DNA of 61,850 nt, filler included, from Dirinaria sp. TL-2023a (taxonomy: Eukaryota), in assembly GCA_051941275.1 (NCBI GenBank). It is 5 parts of 5 records of this genome, joined end to end, with 100 filler letters (N's around TTAATTAATTAA, not from the genome) between each part and the next. Parts side by side here need not be neighbours in the genome. Positions count along the whole stretch, not along the records: positions 24,791 to 37,082 come from JAVEBF010000776.1; 4 more parts are not named here. The stretch is one strand, 5' to 3'. The position numbers and the translations under genes are program-made. A model generated the notes under the pieces. The model saw nothing but the letters and a program-made list of their open reading frames with translations. It was not told where the DNA came from and did not search any database. Below, one piece after another: positions 24,791 through 37,182 of this stretch. Position 1 is the first letter of the stretch; every line of letters begins with the position of its first letter.

Positions 24791-26280
24791 TCTGCTGCTA
24801 CTGATAGCTATATATATAGGCTCCTGTGATCGAGTAATAGCCTGCACTATTACTTTTGCAATATGATCCAAAGTTGATATTCGGCCGCGATCCCTGACGT
24901 TGCAGTTCTCTATAAGTTGGATCAGCGATAGCGATAAATCGAAGAACATTTCTGTGCTCCTGATTCATGAGATCCAAGAGCCACAGAACTCGCGAATCTC
25001 TGCCTTCGACATTTTGCCTCAGCTTGGCCCTTTCGTTATTGCTGGCATACGTTCCAGTGTCAATTAGGGCTTGTTCTCTGGTTTTGCTTCTCTTGCAAAT
25101 ATTGTAAACTCAAGATTCCTGTTTGCCGTCAGTCATAGATTTCGGTACGTAGCTCTGTAATTTCATAATGTAGTTTGCAAGTCCCTTAATTCGAGCCAGA
25201 GTAATTGAGGAATATAAAATATGAGAACCTCTTCCGCCCGAAGATCAAAACGCAGTCGGCTTTGGAAAATTGGCCGAACGAGGAATAAAGCAGTAAGCAG
25301 TAGTGCCGTATCTTCTGCGGCACAACTAATATATTTTACCTCGAAACAGGAAGGGGGGAAGAGTAGAAACGGGTATATAATAAAATAGCAACTGGATCGT
25401 CATGAGTGCTAGCTGACTATCAAAATTGCTCTGTCAGTCAACACTGGTATCATTGAGTCTCTCATTTCTCCCTGGTTTCAACTACGGGGGATTGATCTTG
25501 AACTTGACCTAAAGTAATAAAAATGAGCGCTGTGAATGTATAACACAAACCCTTTTTTAAAGTAACAGAGCTTTATACCTTGTTATCTTAAATTGTTGGA
25601 CGATTTATTGAGTCACGCTTTGATTCTTGGTTGGTTGGTATAATTTTGCATCTGAACACATACTTATGCTTTTGAATGTCTGAATTGAAGGCAACGTCTC
25701 AAAAGAGGTCATGCACTTCAGACACAATGTGTTGGAAGACATCATCTTACATCATAGGCATCTAAATCTCTTTCCATTATGTCGTAACCGTGTGCGCATG
25801 TTTTCTTCTCGTGATGGATCATCAGTGCTTGTGCTCGCATACTAAACGACCCTTAAACCAGACACCTGTTTCTTAGACACAACCCTTTTAAAACGAGAAA
25901 CAGCGAATGTTAGAGAACATTCGACTGTGACTCTAAATCCAAATATGAGCACGTGATAAATGTTTAATTCATAAATGTTGTTGTCGGAGGAGGATATGAC
26001 AGAGACATACTAAATCGCGAGATGTTTAAAGAGAAGATTGAGAGATTCCAGAGCTCTTAGTGACGGAGATCCGCCGATCTATTCTCTCGGCAAAGATACA
26101 AGGAGAAACTACTTATGCCGCATACCTGAGACCGGAGGGTGTCTTTTCCATGCTCGAATGACCTAGCTGAATTGGAGTGTCTCTTTGCTGGAGCTTTCGA
26201 AGGAATCATCTAAAATCCTCCTATACTCCCGCTCGGCCTGCTTCAGCTCTTCACTTTCAATCAATTAGCATCGGGACCCT
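24791..26280 (-). pseudogene. Possible decayed multi-exon gene of unknown family
   Basis: Exon-like segments flanked by splice-like signals read EELKQAEREYRRILDDSFESSSKETLQFS*VIRAWKRHPP (~26125-26253) and DDVFQHIVSEVHDLF*DVAFNSDIQKH (~25665-25745), each interrupted by a stop. Confidence 0.3.
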
Positions 26281-26817
26281 CAATGGATGTTCCCGGTGGG
26301 TGACTTCATGGCCCTGAGTAGTCTTTCGATCAAAGATCTAGGCGTTCTTGCGTGATGCTAATCCCACCCACCCCGAGCTGCATCGTGCCGTGAACTTTGC
26401 TCAGGTTGCTTGCTTTTATATGCCTCGCCGAAGCTCCTGAACGTGGAGCATCCGAGAGCTTGAGTTTCGTGTTACCTGGCCGTAATATGTAGATGAAGGA
26501 GCATAACCATATGCGTAGAATTTAGCATAGTAGAATTTGCGGGAGATGAGAAGACGAAAAAATCGTAAACTTGACGAGACTGCAGGCGGTCAAATGAAAC
26601 CGCCGCTTGGCATTGCAGCTGAATAGATTATTCTACCGAAGCATTGCTAAGAGCCGGTAAGCAGCGAAGTACAGTACTAGCTGATAGCTTCAATAAAATT
26701 TTGGCCTCCATGCAAAGCGAACATCCGTCTTAATCACGAAATGTCAGTCATGAAGACCAGCGTGAATAGAAAAAGAATCTTGCCCATTCATATCACCCTC
26801 TCCAATGCTTTTTTCGA

Positions 26818-28547
26818 TCAGCAACGTGTCATTGCTACTTTAACGCCGTTCGCAGAGCTGCAGGTAGCTCCTATGCTCTCGGTCCAAGGCTCCGAATCTC
26901 GACTTTCGATTCCTGAGAATTCTTGAATCAATCGAACCGCAGTGTAGGAGGCTTCGGTAAGCGCAAATTGCTCTGGGATCAGGCGTGAGCTAATTTCCTG
27001 CGAGTTTTCTAACGAGATGTGTAATTCATGCTTACGTCCGATACAATTTCGAGGGCCTCCACCGAAAGGCAAGAAGTTCTGTATCTTTGTTAATCCAATT
27101 TCAAAGTGACAATGATGGAGCCTGTAAAAGGAGTCTAACCCATGACGATTTTTCATCCTGCCAGCGCTCTGGGCGAAATTCATCTGCATCTGGACCCCAG
27201 ATGTCCTTGCGCTTATGAAGGGCGAACATGTGATATACCACCAAAGTTCCTTTAGAAACTAAGACCGGGAATTCCCCATCTTCTCCTCCACCTTTCGGAA
27301 GAATAATGTCCTTCATCGCGATACGAGATAATCCTTGAACTATAGGGTATAGCCTGAGAGCTGCGGGAAACCCACATCAGCACAATATCAGGCCACATCA
27401 TTACAACCTTCTTACTTTCGTTCAAACAAAAGCCGAGGTATCTCAACCCTTTCAGCTCATCCAAGGTTGGCTTTCTGCCGTTAAGAGAATTGATTTCTTC
27501 GCGTAGCTTTTTCCAAACCTCCAGATTCCGAGCGAGGACAAAGAATATATTTGACAATAGAGCAGCTGTGGTGTCGCGTCCTGCCATGAAAATAGCCAAC
27601 AACTGGTCACGTAGTACCAGCCTATCGTCTGTCAGCTTGGCCAGTTCTTTTGAAAAGATGAATCTGCCAGTGTCTGAAAGTCCATCTCCCTCAAGTTCTT
27701 TTTGCGCGCGACGCTGACTAAGGGTTTTGTCGACGTGTGCATCCATGTAAGCATGCACTTTTTTGAGTGCTCGGTAGAAGGCTCGATTTGGTACGATATC
27801 TGCGAAGACGCCCAGACGGAACCTATGCTCCGCTCCGAGTTGCGCATCTCGACAAGCGTTTGTCAAATCGCCTGCGAAGGCTTCTGGTTGTGGCAATGAA
27901 AGTATTGATTCGCCAAACATGAAGTCCGTGGTCACGTCGGCGGTATAACGAAGGAAAAGCTCCGCCAAGTCCATCGTCGATCCATCACGCGGCATAGCTT
28001 TGATTAGATTCTCTACATGGACCTCCAGCGTCGCCAAGTCACCAACTTGGCTCCTGGCAAAGCTTGGTTTCAGAAAGGCTCGCGAATGCTCCCATTCAAC
28101 GCCGTCGGCCACCAGGATACTTTTAGCCATGAAGGGACCGAAGGCCATTCTGCGAGAAGTGCCGGTGACAAAGTCCTTGAAATTCGTTGATATAACAGTC
28201 TTGATGTTCTCCGGCTCAATAGTACAGAGGACAGGGTAGGTAGTGAGTCTGGACGTGTGAGTATTGCCATATTTCTCATAGTGCGACTTGGTATCGCTCA
28301 AGAAGGTTTTGCGCTTGACGGAACGAATTGCGTTGTAGATCACGTCTAATCCAAGTAACGGGTCTCGAACAGGGAATCTTGATGGAGGTTTACAGCCGTG
28401 CTGCAAGATCGTCTTCCGCCGCTCCTTGTAGATGTTGAAGCGAAGGCGAAGATAATAAAGAATTCCTAGTATCAAGCCCCCAACCGCGAGGCTAGCGGTC
28501 TTGCCGGTCCCTTCGAGCGAAGGGGTGGCCACCGAACGAAAATCCAT
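26818..28547 (-). CDS. Cytochrome P450, CYP52 clan (alkane/fatty-acid hydroxylase-like)
   Basis: TIEPENIKTV, WEHSRAFLKPSFAR, AGRDTTA, spliced NETLRLYP, WGPDADEFRPERW and FLPFGGGPRNCIGQQFAL. Introns 27361-27415, 27079-27139, 26973-27035. Confidence 0.9.
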
Positions 28548-29021
28548 TCTCACAATATCATGAAGTCAATCAAAGTGGTCGAAAGACTAGACACAGGATA
28601 AGTAGCGCAGCTAGTCCAAAGTCTCCGCTAGCGAGATCGATTCCATGAACAAGAGAGAAAAAGGAAAAATGGTAAGGCTATTGACAGAGCCGTGGCATGA
28701 AATTTCGAAGTGAGGGATGAGTGAGATGAAGGTGATGTGTAAAGAGGTAGTAGTAGTAGTAGAAGTAGAAGTAGTGGTGGTAGAAGGAGTATCTTCATAG
28801 ACCGACCTACGCGCCTAGGGCGTGTGCGGCATCTAATTTGTGTACCTTATGCGGTCTTCGCCAACATCTCGGGCAATCCGAAGGCACACTGATGTCATAA
28901 CGAATCCTAGGCGTTTCTGTCAACCCGAACAAATTGTCCTTGGCATCCCAATACACTAACTAAAGCTAACGACTAAAGCCGTGTCTTCCGAAGCTGTGAA
29001 GTTTTAAGAATCCTTCAATGA

Positions 29022-29060
29022 TGAAAGTAGATTGTGAAAGTAGATTGTGAAGGTAGATTG
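29022..29060. repeat. 13-bp direct repeat x3 upstream of the CYP52-clan gene
   Basis: TGAAAGTAGATTG TGAAAGTAGATTG TGAAGGTAGATTG. Confidence 0.85.
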
Positions 29061-29953
29061 GGCACCAAATCGCTGCTTTAGCGAGTGAACCGAAGATTCG
29101 CCTGTTGTAAATTACAAACACCCTGTATTCTGTCTAAGGTACTTGTCAAGTCTCGAGCGTGCTACTGCGAAAACTACTTCGGGAGGTTCGGGAGACTCGC
29201 GAATGCTCTGTCTAAAGAGTAGTCGAATTCTCTACTTAAGATTCCAACAGAAGATGTCTACAGTAATCGTGATTGTGTTGACAGATGCTGAGACATTTGC
29301 ACAGACTCCGATGCAGTGAGGTGTCTGTGTATTGTAGCGATGTTCGCATCTTCTGCGTCAACGTATCGTGAGCCGAACAGAGCATTTTTGAGCGTTGTGA
29401 TCGTAGTCTCGACGATTCAACTGATGATGTGTAATGAATGTAAAATTACACTACTTCAGCTTCCATGCAGTGGCAGTTCCGGGATCTCTCTAGCCACGCG
29501 CCAAGACTAGATATGATAAGGCAGATAAACCGAACCTAGCGCCTCTTTTAGAGACAAATAAACCCCCGATTCAGGCCGGGGTAAGGCGATGTATGTAATG
29601 TATGTATTGCGTGAAGGGCAAATAGGAAGGGAGGCTGCACCACGCAGAGACTTTGCCCACGAAAATCCTATCGGATCAACAAGGTTTGGTGATCGATGCG
29701 CTCTTGTTGGAATATTGGGAGCCTTCCATCTTCGTCGACGATCTCGATGATAGATCCCAAAATACCTCAAAATTTAATCAATTCAGCGTAGAGATGTTGA
29801 GGCTTCGGATTTAGAAGTCATCGATCAATTATCATTTCCTGAGCTTCTTGTATTTGGTCGCTTTCCTTTCGGAAACTGGTCAATCTGATATCAAACATTC
29901 CAGAGAGTGACTTGGCACTGTATTCCCTCCTTCTTGTCCTCATGCTGATCTCG

Positions 29954-30805
29954 CTACTTCCTCCCAACCGTCAATCCAACGGACATTATAAATTCTTTTC
30001 CGTCTCCCCATTGCTCCCTCACTACTTTTTCTAACATTGGCCTCACATCTTCAGCATTTCCTTTCCACGCACTTTGCGCCTTCACCATGCCTGGGTTCTT
30101 CGAGTTAAACCAGTAATTCGCAAACTCCTCCGCACTCTCAAACCGCAGAGGAGTCTTCGCGGCCTCACTCTTCACCTCCTGGAAACCGACCTCCGTCAGC
30201 GCTGCTTCGATCTCCTGCTCCACCACCCAAGCACTTTCATCGAAATGTTTTACCGGCTCGAAGGTCGGGTCCAGCCGCTTACAAGCCTCGTTCCATGGCC
30301 AATTAATGGCGACATCGGTCCAAATCGCTAGCCCTACCACCCCGCCCGGGCGCAGAATGCGATACATCTCCTTCACGGCTCCATGGGGGTTGTATGTATA
30401 TTGCAACATGAAACTACTGAGCACGTGGCTAAACGAGTCGCTTCGAAGTATCTCAGGGTGGGGGACGCAAGAGTCTAGGACGTGCGTCCGTACGTTTGGA
30501 AGGTGCCGCGCATCTAGCGCCGCGACCATGCTGGGCGCAAAGTCGGTGGCGAGGATAGGGACAGTTGGGTATCTGGCGCAGAGTGCAGACGTGAGGGAGC
30601 CACTACCGGCACCAGCGTCCAGGACAGAGGCGGTGGAGGGGGTGGGTAAAGAGGAGCTGGGCTCAAGAATATCTATTGGCGAAAGCGTCTCGACTAGATC
30701 GATAAGCGCGTTCGAGGCTAAAGACGTCGTCAATGCTACTTGCGCAGTATAGGGCGTAGCTGCGACGCTCCAGGTATTCGAAGTATTGAAGTATTTTATA
30801 CCCAT
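29954..30805 (-). CDS. Class I SAM-dependent methyltransferase
   Basis: Motif I VLDAGAGSG, ILATDFAPSMV, SFSHVLSSF, EMYRILRPGG. Intact 283-aa ORF. Confidence 0.88.
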   Translation of the reverse strand: MGIKYFNTSNTWSVAATPYTAQVALTTSLASNALIDLVETLSPIDILEPSSSLPTPSTASVLDAGAGSGSLTSALCARYPTVPILATDFAPSMVAALDARHLPNVRTHVLDSCVPHPEILRSDSFSHVLSSFMLQYTYNPHGAVKEMYRILRPGGVVGLAIWTDVAINWPWNEACKRLDPTFEPVKHFDESAWVVEQEIEAALTEVGFQEVKSEAAKTPLRFESAEEFANYWFNSKNPGMVKAQSAWKGNAEDVRPMLEKVVREQWGDGKEFIMSVGLTVGRK

Positions 30806-31875
30806 GTTTTCGTGTGAATTCGAATTATCGTCTTGAGAAACAGAGTCAAAGGAGTTGAAGGCCTAAAGCAATGGGCATTGGAACAGAATTTATGTTGGTG
30901 TACATGGGTTAAATGGCGTCAACAGATCCCGCGTTTTGACCAGGACGAAAGTATTCAGCTCTGGATACATGGCACGGGAAGAAACCGCTACGCCACCACC
31001 TCGCGAGCGCAGCGAAGGTATCTCATGGTGGACTGACACACGCGCATGTGCATCTCAGCTAATGTCGGTATTTTTTTCGGCACAATATCCGTCAAAAAAC
31101 ATGGTAACGGGTAGACAGGTCGCCTGCAGGGAGAATTGACATGCATTTTAGTGAGCAATTTGGGGGTTGACATAGCACCCTCTCGTCTGTGCTCCAAGCG
31201 TGCACAATATCTTATCTACTGAATGCAAGTTGTGCGAGCCACGCTGGGACAGGATGGAAATCTGGAGTATCCAATTTCAGCATGGCCTTCCACAAGCGCA
31301 AGCGCAATTCTTGATAGTAGTGCTTAAGCTTTCACAGGAAAGACAACAGCTGGAATGTTTGTAGGAAGACTATTGCTGTGATGGTACCTGCTGCATTCGG
31401 ATCGTATGCGTTGACTAGGTGGCTGGAAGTGGTGAGATCCATGGCCATGGCCACGTAGCTGATGCCGCTGATGCCGTTTGAAGTAGTAGGAGGATCGGGA
31501 CAGTTCATTCTCTAATGCTATCATAGACGGCATGCAGTGTTCGGGTGTAGTTACTCCGAATCAATAGTGAAAGGCCAGGATCGACGAGTCTTGCTCACCT
31601 GATAGCAACCAGTGACAGTGGGGGCGTGGGGGTTTGACCATCAGCTTGCCTGGATCCAACACCACCAATTGGAAGATCCAATAACAAGCTGTACTAGCCG
31701 CCGTGGTAGATCAGGGTAAGAAGATCCTGCCGCGCTAACTTTAGTAGATAATCAAGGATTAGGAGCTCGGATGCACAAGAACTTCGTGCTGACCTCACGC
31801 CTCACCATTGTAACGCAGGTCATTTAATCGCTTGTGTCTGATGGAAGTTGCCCTGTTCCCTCCTCTTCGTAGCCG

Positions 31876-33054
31876 ATGCGACCCAAGTTGATTTCAAGAA
31901 GTGGATGTGATTCCACAGCCACTGACGCAATAATACTTTCGGATACCCTCGGCCATGAGCAAGCCTACGAAGAGCGAGCTTCGCGAATGTGGGATAATGC
32001 CAGGCTAGGCCACAATCAATGAACGTCATGTCCGTATGCTTGCGGCCTGTGCCGATTTAGACACTAGAGCGGAAAAATCGGATTGCGATTCTATAGACTC
32101 GTTGGTTGGCCAGCATTGGATCCACTTCTCGAACGGGCATGCAGTGTACTGACAGTATCGAGATCAAGACGCGGCCATCGTCTGGGCAAGAGTGCGAGAG
32201 ATACAGGAAAATGAGGCACTTGCAAGCAAGTCACGATGTCCCTAGAAGATACAGCCAGCTGCAATTCTGTCATCATTTATGAACCCGGGGTTGATGTCAC
32301 CGTTGGCCCTCTACTCCGAGGCCATAAGATTTACCACTGTCGCTCGCTATATATCTGCATCTGTCAACCATCCAGAGAAGGAACTTGTCGACCATATGGG
32401 CTTCGAGGCTTTCTTTTTCTTTCTTCCTGAATGGAAGACGCATGTGCCATCACGCCATAGTCCAGGAATTCGAACAATGAGTCAGCTGCTCTCCCACCCG
32501 TACACGCGACTTTTCACCCGCAATCTCTACAGCTAGGGCTAGCAACATCTGCGAGATTGGAGACACCGAGACACTACCCGAGTACGACACCTTTCTTGAC
32601 TCACTTGTGAACTGGATTGCTGCTGTCGAAGGCAAAGACATTTTCGTCCGCATCGCGCGAATGCACTTCATTCTCGATCAGCCCTCTGTCGAAAGGCCCC
32701 AGAGTCCGATTTTGCCCCGAGTCGAGGCAGGGCCGCCGAGGCTGACTTGGCTCTTGGATTGGACTGTGAGGTTTGGAAAGACGTTGGGGCGTGGATGGAT
32801 GGGCCCGGTGGATCACCGAAGAATCGCTGCAGAAACTCTGGAAATCACCGAAATGCCATATGGACGACTATATTGTGCCTGACCGCTGCTGGCGGATGTT
32901 TAACGAGTTTTTTTCACGTATGCTCAAGGCCGGGCGACGGCCCATAGCCGCCGCGGGAGATTCTACAGTGGTTGTCAGTCCTGCAGATTTCATGCTTAAC
33001 AGACAAATGGAAATCAAACTAGACTCAGATGTAGAGATAAAGACGCTCAAGTGA
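31876..33054 (+). pseudogene. Probable pseudogene of unknown family
   Basis: Protein-like segments YRDQDAAIVWARVREIQENEALASKSRCP*KIQPAAILSSFMNPG..., EYDTFLDSLVNWIAAVEGKDIFVRIARMHF and RWGVDGWARWITEESLQKLWKS lie in shifting frames with internal stops. Boundaries approximate. Confidence 0.4.
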
Positions 33055-34491
33055 CAGATTTAGGAATTTTTGCCTTATAGGCCTCATAAGGAGCGTTTCA
33101 GAGGAGGACATCGGATGCACAGCTATCTATAGCCGTCTAATTACCATCACGTACATGCCCCTGCCGAGTTCATCTTTGGACAGCAATATTCGAGATCAAA
33201 GCGAAGGATACAGACAGTAAGCGGAACAGCACGCGGAATAATACGTGCCATGGAAGCATCGAGGAAGAACGTGGACCGTACCTATGCTCGTCGGGAGTTA
33301 GAGGCACTTGATGAGCTTGGCTTTCAGTTCTTGCAGTCTAGAGGTACCTTATGATCCCACTCGATACCGCTCATGGATCAATGGCGGTCCTGCCGGTTGG
33401 ACTGGGTTGTATAACATTGGTGATGCGTACTCTGGACGAAGGCCAGTGTGGAGACTTTTGCGACTCCAGAGGCACCAATAAGGTACCTTAGTCTCAGGCA
33501 TTTCAAGGGTACTGTATTTAATTTTCTCTCTGATTTCTCTTAGGTTGTCTTCCTACTACTCTATCGAGTCTACTTACATTAATATCATTAAGGTACTTCG
33601 GGGAAAATGCTCGGTCCGAGGTCGGCAGTTGCGATCCGACACTAATCGGAACCTTCCTGAAAATCGACAAGCGCGCTTGCCTTATTATTTGGGGTCCCCT
33701 CGGGCCCGCCTCGGCCTCAAGGGGCTTCCGATCATATCCTCGCTCCATCGTCACAATTCCATCAGGCTGATGTAGCACGGCACTTGCAATACAGGACCAC
33801 AGTTGATCACTCATGCTACTCACCTGAGTCGAATACTTCCACGAGATGACCAATGAGGATCCATCTTCTATGGGAGAATGGGGGAATTGGTGGTGGGAGG
33901 GCGGCTCTATGAACACCACTCGAAAACCATTGGAATTAATTCATTAGTGGGAGTGCTACACTGTAAGTACACGACCATCACAGAACTGTCTCTCGGTGCC
34001 TTCATGTCAGCTGCATGCATAGAGGCACGGGCTGATGTTTATATTTCGCAATATGTGCCCATCGGCATCCTAATAAATCTTCAACGTAATCGCGCAACAA
34101 ACATGAACAGCGGAAGACTTGTAATTGCCAGATAATGCAATTTCATAGCAAGCCTGAAGACATTCGTTGTGTAGCTGTTGAAATGGAGCATCATTCTTAA
34201 AGATTACACCTGCATGTGCTGCATGTTTCCGTCCGAGGGCGTCCTTCTACCTTCTGTTCCGCACCCGCCTCATGCTAAGTGACGACAAAGGGATGGTCCC
34301 AAATTACTGCCACGTTTAATTTGGACCGACCTCAAGCTGTTGCATTTGCATGTAGGATTCTCTTTCGTTCCTTTACCCTCTCAATCTTGCAAATTAAGCA
34401 TATTTAGTCGCATTCATACCAACATCTGCTTCCACTTTCTCATATCCTTAAGTCCCTCGTTCTTAGCTCGAAGCATATCCTGTATTGACCA

Positions 34492-36011
34492 ATGTCACTA
34501 CCACACGATGTGCGCATCGGTTTGGCCTGTGATCTTGTACTCTGCATCGGAGTCAGCACACTTGCAATTTGTACTCGCACGTACGTAAAACTGCGCATTA
34601 CGAGAATCTATCTCTCAGAAGACTGTGAGCTGTATCCAGCCTACAAGTAGGTGAATAAGCCATGTGCTGAAACAAAGCAGATTTTTCCGTCGCTGGTTAC
34701 GTGAGTTCAGCCTCGAACATTCCCTGGAGTGAAAAACTGACCTGTCATGAATAAGCTGGGCTTTTTAGCTTATTCGGGACTGGGCATCATAATCGGAAAG
34801 AATACTGAAAGTGCCCAACACAAAGCCTATGTATGTTTGCACGAAAATTCGAACCTCAACAATGTCGGACAGGACGCTTTGCTAATTGAGTCTTGGAGTA
34901 GCTCTCGGTCATAGAAAAGCTAGTCTATATGCCTATTATCGTCTTTGTCAAAACATCTATCCTGCTGCAATATGTCACCATTTTTGTGGTACACCGAAGA
35001 AGCCTTTTCCATTGCAGTATCCACATTCTTATCTGGGCCAACGCCATTTTCTATATTATTATGTCTTTCCTTTACCTATTTCGAGTAAGCGTTGCGCCTA
35101 ATATGTGCCTCAAGCCTGCGCATAGCTTACCCCTCGATAGTGTACTCCGTCTGAAAAGCTGTGGAATACCGACGCATACGGGCAGTGCCATTATAAGCTT
35201 CACGGCAGCATCTTCAGTGGGAGCTTCAACGTTGCGCTGGATTTTCTGATACTCATGCTGCCTTTTCCTGTGCTCTTGCGCCTGCAGATGTCTTCAAGCA
35301 AAAGATTTAGATTGCTATTCGTCTTCGGATTTGGATTATTTGCGTGTATCGCAAGCGTCGTGCGTCTCACTTACAGCGTTCAGCTACTCGGAAGAGAGGA
35401 CAGTCCAACCTTTCAACTGCGAATTGATAAAGAGGGACTCTGGGCGTAAGCGAGGCATAGCCTAGTCTTTCCCTTTGACACTGACACAGTTTAGGACCGT
35501 AGAGATAGCGATTGGCATAATCGTGGGTTGCATGCCCCATATCCACAAGATGTTCAAACACTCTTGGTTCAAGACGCCAAAGATCCCCATACTCAAGATA
35601 CCTTCCAAGAGCCAAAATGGATTATCCTGGCGTAGGGCTTTGGGCCCGGAAGCGGGGGATTCGCAAAAGTTGTTCGAACCCAATGTTTGCCAGCCCACCG
35701 CGCCACATATTAGCGCCTTGATCTTGACGCGCGCCTCGCTTTCATCACTGGAGAGAGAACTTCCAAGATTTCCACCATCGGCATACAGCAGAGGGTCTGT
35801 GGCGGGGAATGCTATGTCTCGACCGAGCTTTGAGGACCAAGAGCTTCCGGAGAAGACTCAAGACTTGAGAAACACAGTGTCTACTGCAGAGAAAGCCACT
35901 ACGCCGGATATAGAAAGACAGGTGCTGGCTTCTTTGCAGCCATGGCAGAAGCACGATTGCATACTCGAGGATCGAACGAAGCAAACGAGACGAGCCCGGT
36001 ATGATCTATAA
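34492..36011 (+). CDS. PTH11-like (fungal rhodopsin-domain) integral membrane protein without CFEM domain
   Basis: MSLPHDVRIG...ICTRTYVKLRITRIYLSED, FVKTSILLQY, FNVALDFLILMLPFPVLLRLQMSSSKRFRLLFVFGFGLFACIASVVRL and VEIAIGIIVGCMP, spread over several short introns. Confidence 0.82.
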
Positions 36012-36162
36012 GCTTTATCCTAGGAGGGTCTTCCTTGCAACTCGAGTCTGCAAAGAGAGTAAGCGTCGAGCTCGGCGTGAAACCTCGTACCGGTCGAATG
36101 TGAAACTTTCGCCACTACATCAGAGATTCGTTGCAGATCATAACATCATCGATATATACCAT

Positions 36163-36166
<4 letters not shown>

Positions 36167-36207
<41 letters not shown>
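36167..36207. repeat. (AT)n microsatellite between convergent genes
   Basis: About 20 AT units. Confidence 0.95.
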
Positions 36208-36210
<3 letters not shown>

Positions 36211-36241
36211 CGTGTCATGCATAGCAGCATATACGATTGCG

Positions 36242-36929
36242 TTATTCCTCAACAACCGCAGAGGCCTCAATGTCCGGAGCTTTATTGCTCTTGCTCTCGC
36301 TCTGTCTCGATATCCACTTCCATCTCTGATTTTGCCAGTCCTGGGCCTCGGGAAATTCTTCCCACGTCATCTCCGCTTCCTTCATTCGCTTCCTGATTTT
36401 CCTCGTACGGTAAAGCCAGATACCTTGCGATATGAAGATGGTCGATTCTATAGAAGCACTGCCACCCGAAGATGAGCTTCGTTGTTCAGGAGCGTACAAT
36501 GTTCTCCCTTCAGATTAATTGAAAAGAACCTTTCTTACCATCCAATATAAGTCGCGCCACCAAGAGCGTCAAAAGTTTGTTGCGCCACTAAACCCAGCGT
36601 AAGCTGCCTCGCTGCAATCACCACTCCAACAGACCCAACGGTAAAACGTACCGAGAGCCATCAACGAGAACACCGCGCCCAGCCAGTCAATGGTAAGGAA
36701 GCCGAAGTCAATGCCGATGACCCGGCCTCTCCGTTTCAGAATCTCGAAGGGGACAGGCACGTAGCCGCTGACCATCAGAACGGCAGCCAAGATGCCCACG
36801 AGCGTCACCGGCCACGAGACGCCTTTGCTATAGGGTTTTCGGATTACGTAGACGAGCAAGAACTCGACAGCCGCGAAAAGCATGCCGAATGCGGCGGTCA
36901 TGAGCATCGCGGTCCACGCTCGCCATTTG
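36242..36929 (-). CDS. PQ-loop repeat membrane protein, 5' part missing at contig end
   Basis: GILAAVLMVSGYVPVPFEILKRRGRVIGIDFGFLTIDWLGAVFSLMAL / VAQQTFDALGG / IESTIFISQGIWLYRTR, typical of the yeast YDR090C-like fungal PQ-loop family. Confidence 0.8.
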
Positions 36930-37035
36930 CTGTCCTCACACAGAGCCTCTGTCAGTAATCGAACCGATGGCTTATAAGACAAATCTGACGATTTCTTGAA
37001 GGATCATCATCGCTGCAAGAGCCCCACAAAAAAAC

Positions 37036-37069
<34 letters not shown>

Positions 37070-37082
37070 TCAACAAACCACC

Positions 37083-37182
37083 NNNNNNNNNNNNNNNNNN
37101 NNNNNNNNNNNNNNNNNNNNNNNNNNTTAATTAATTAANNNNNNNNNNNNNNNNNNNNNNNNNNNNNNNNNNNNNNNNNNNN
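37083..37182. other. Artificial contig spacer
   Basis: 44 N + TTAATTAATTAA + 44 N. Confidence 0.98.

Noticed and set aside
36001..36475. ORFs containing YIYIYI runs
   Set aside because: Translation of the (AT)n microsatellite and antisense of the PQ-loop gene.
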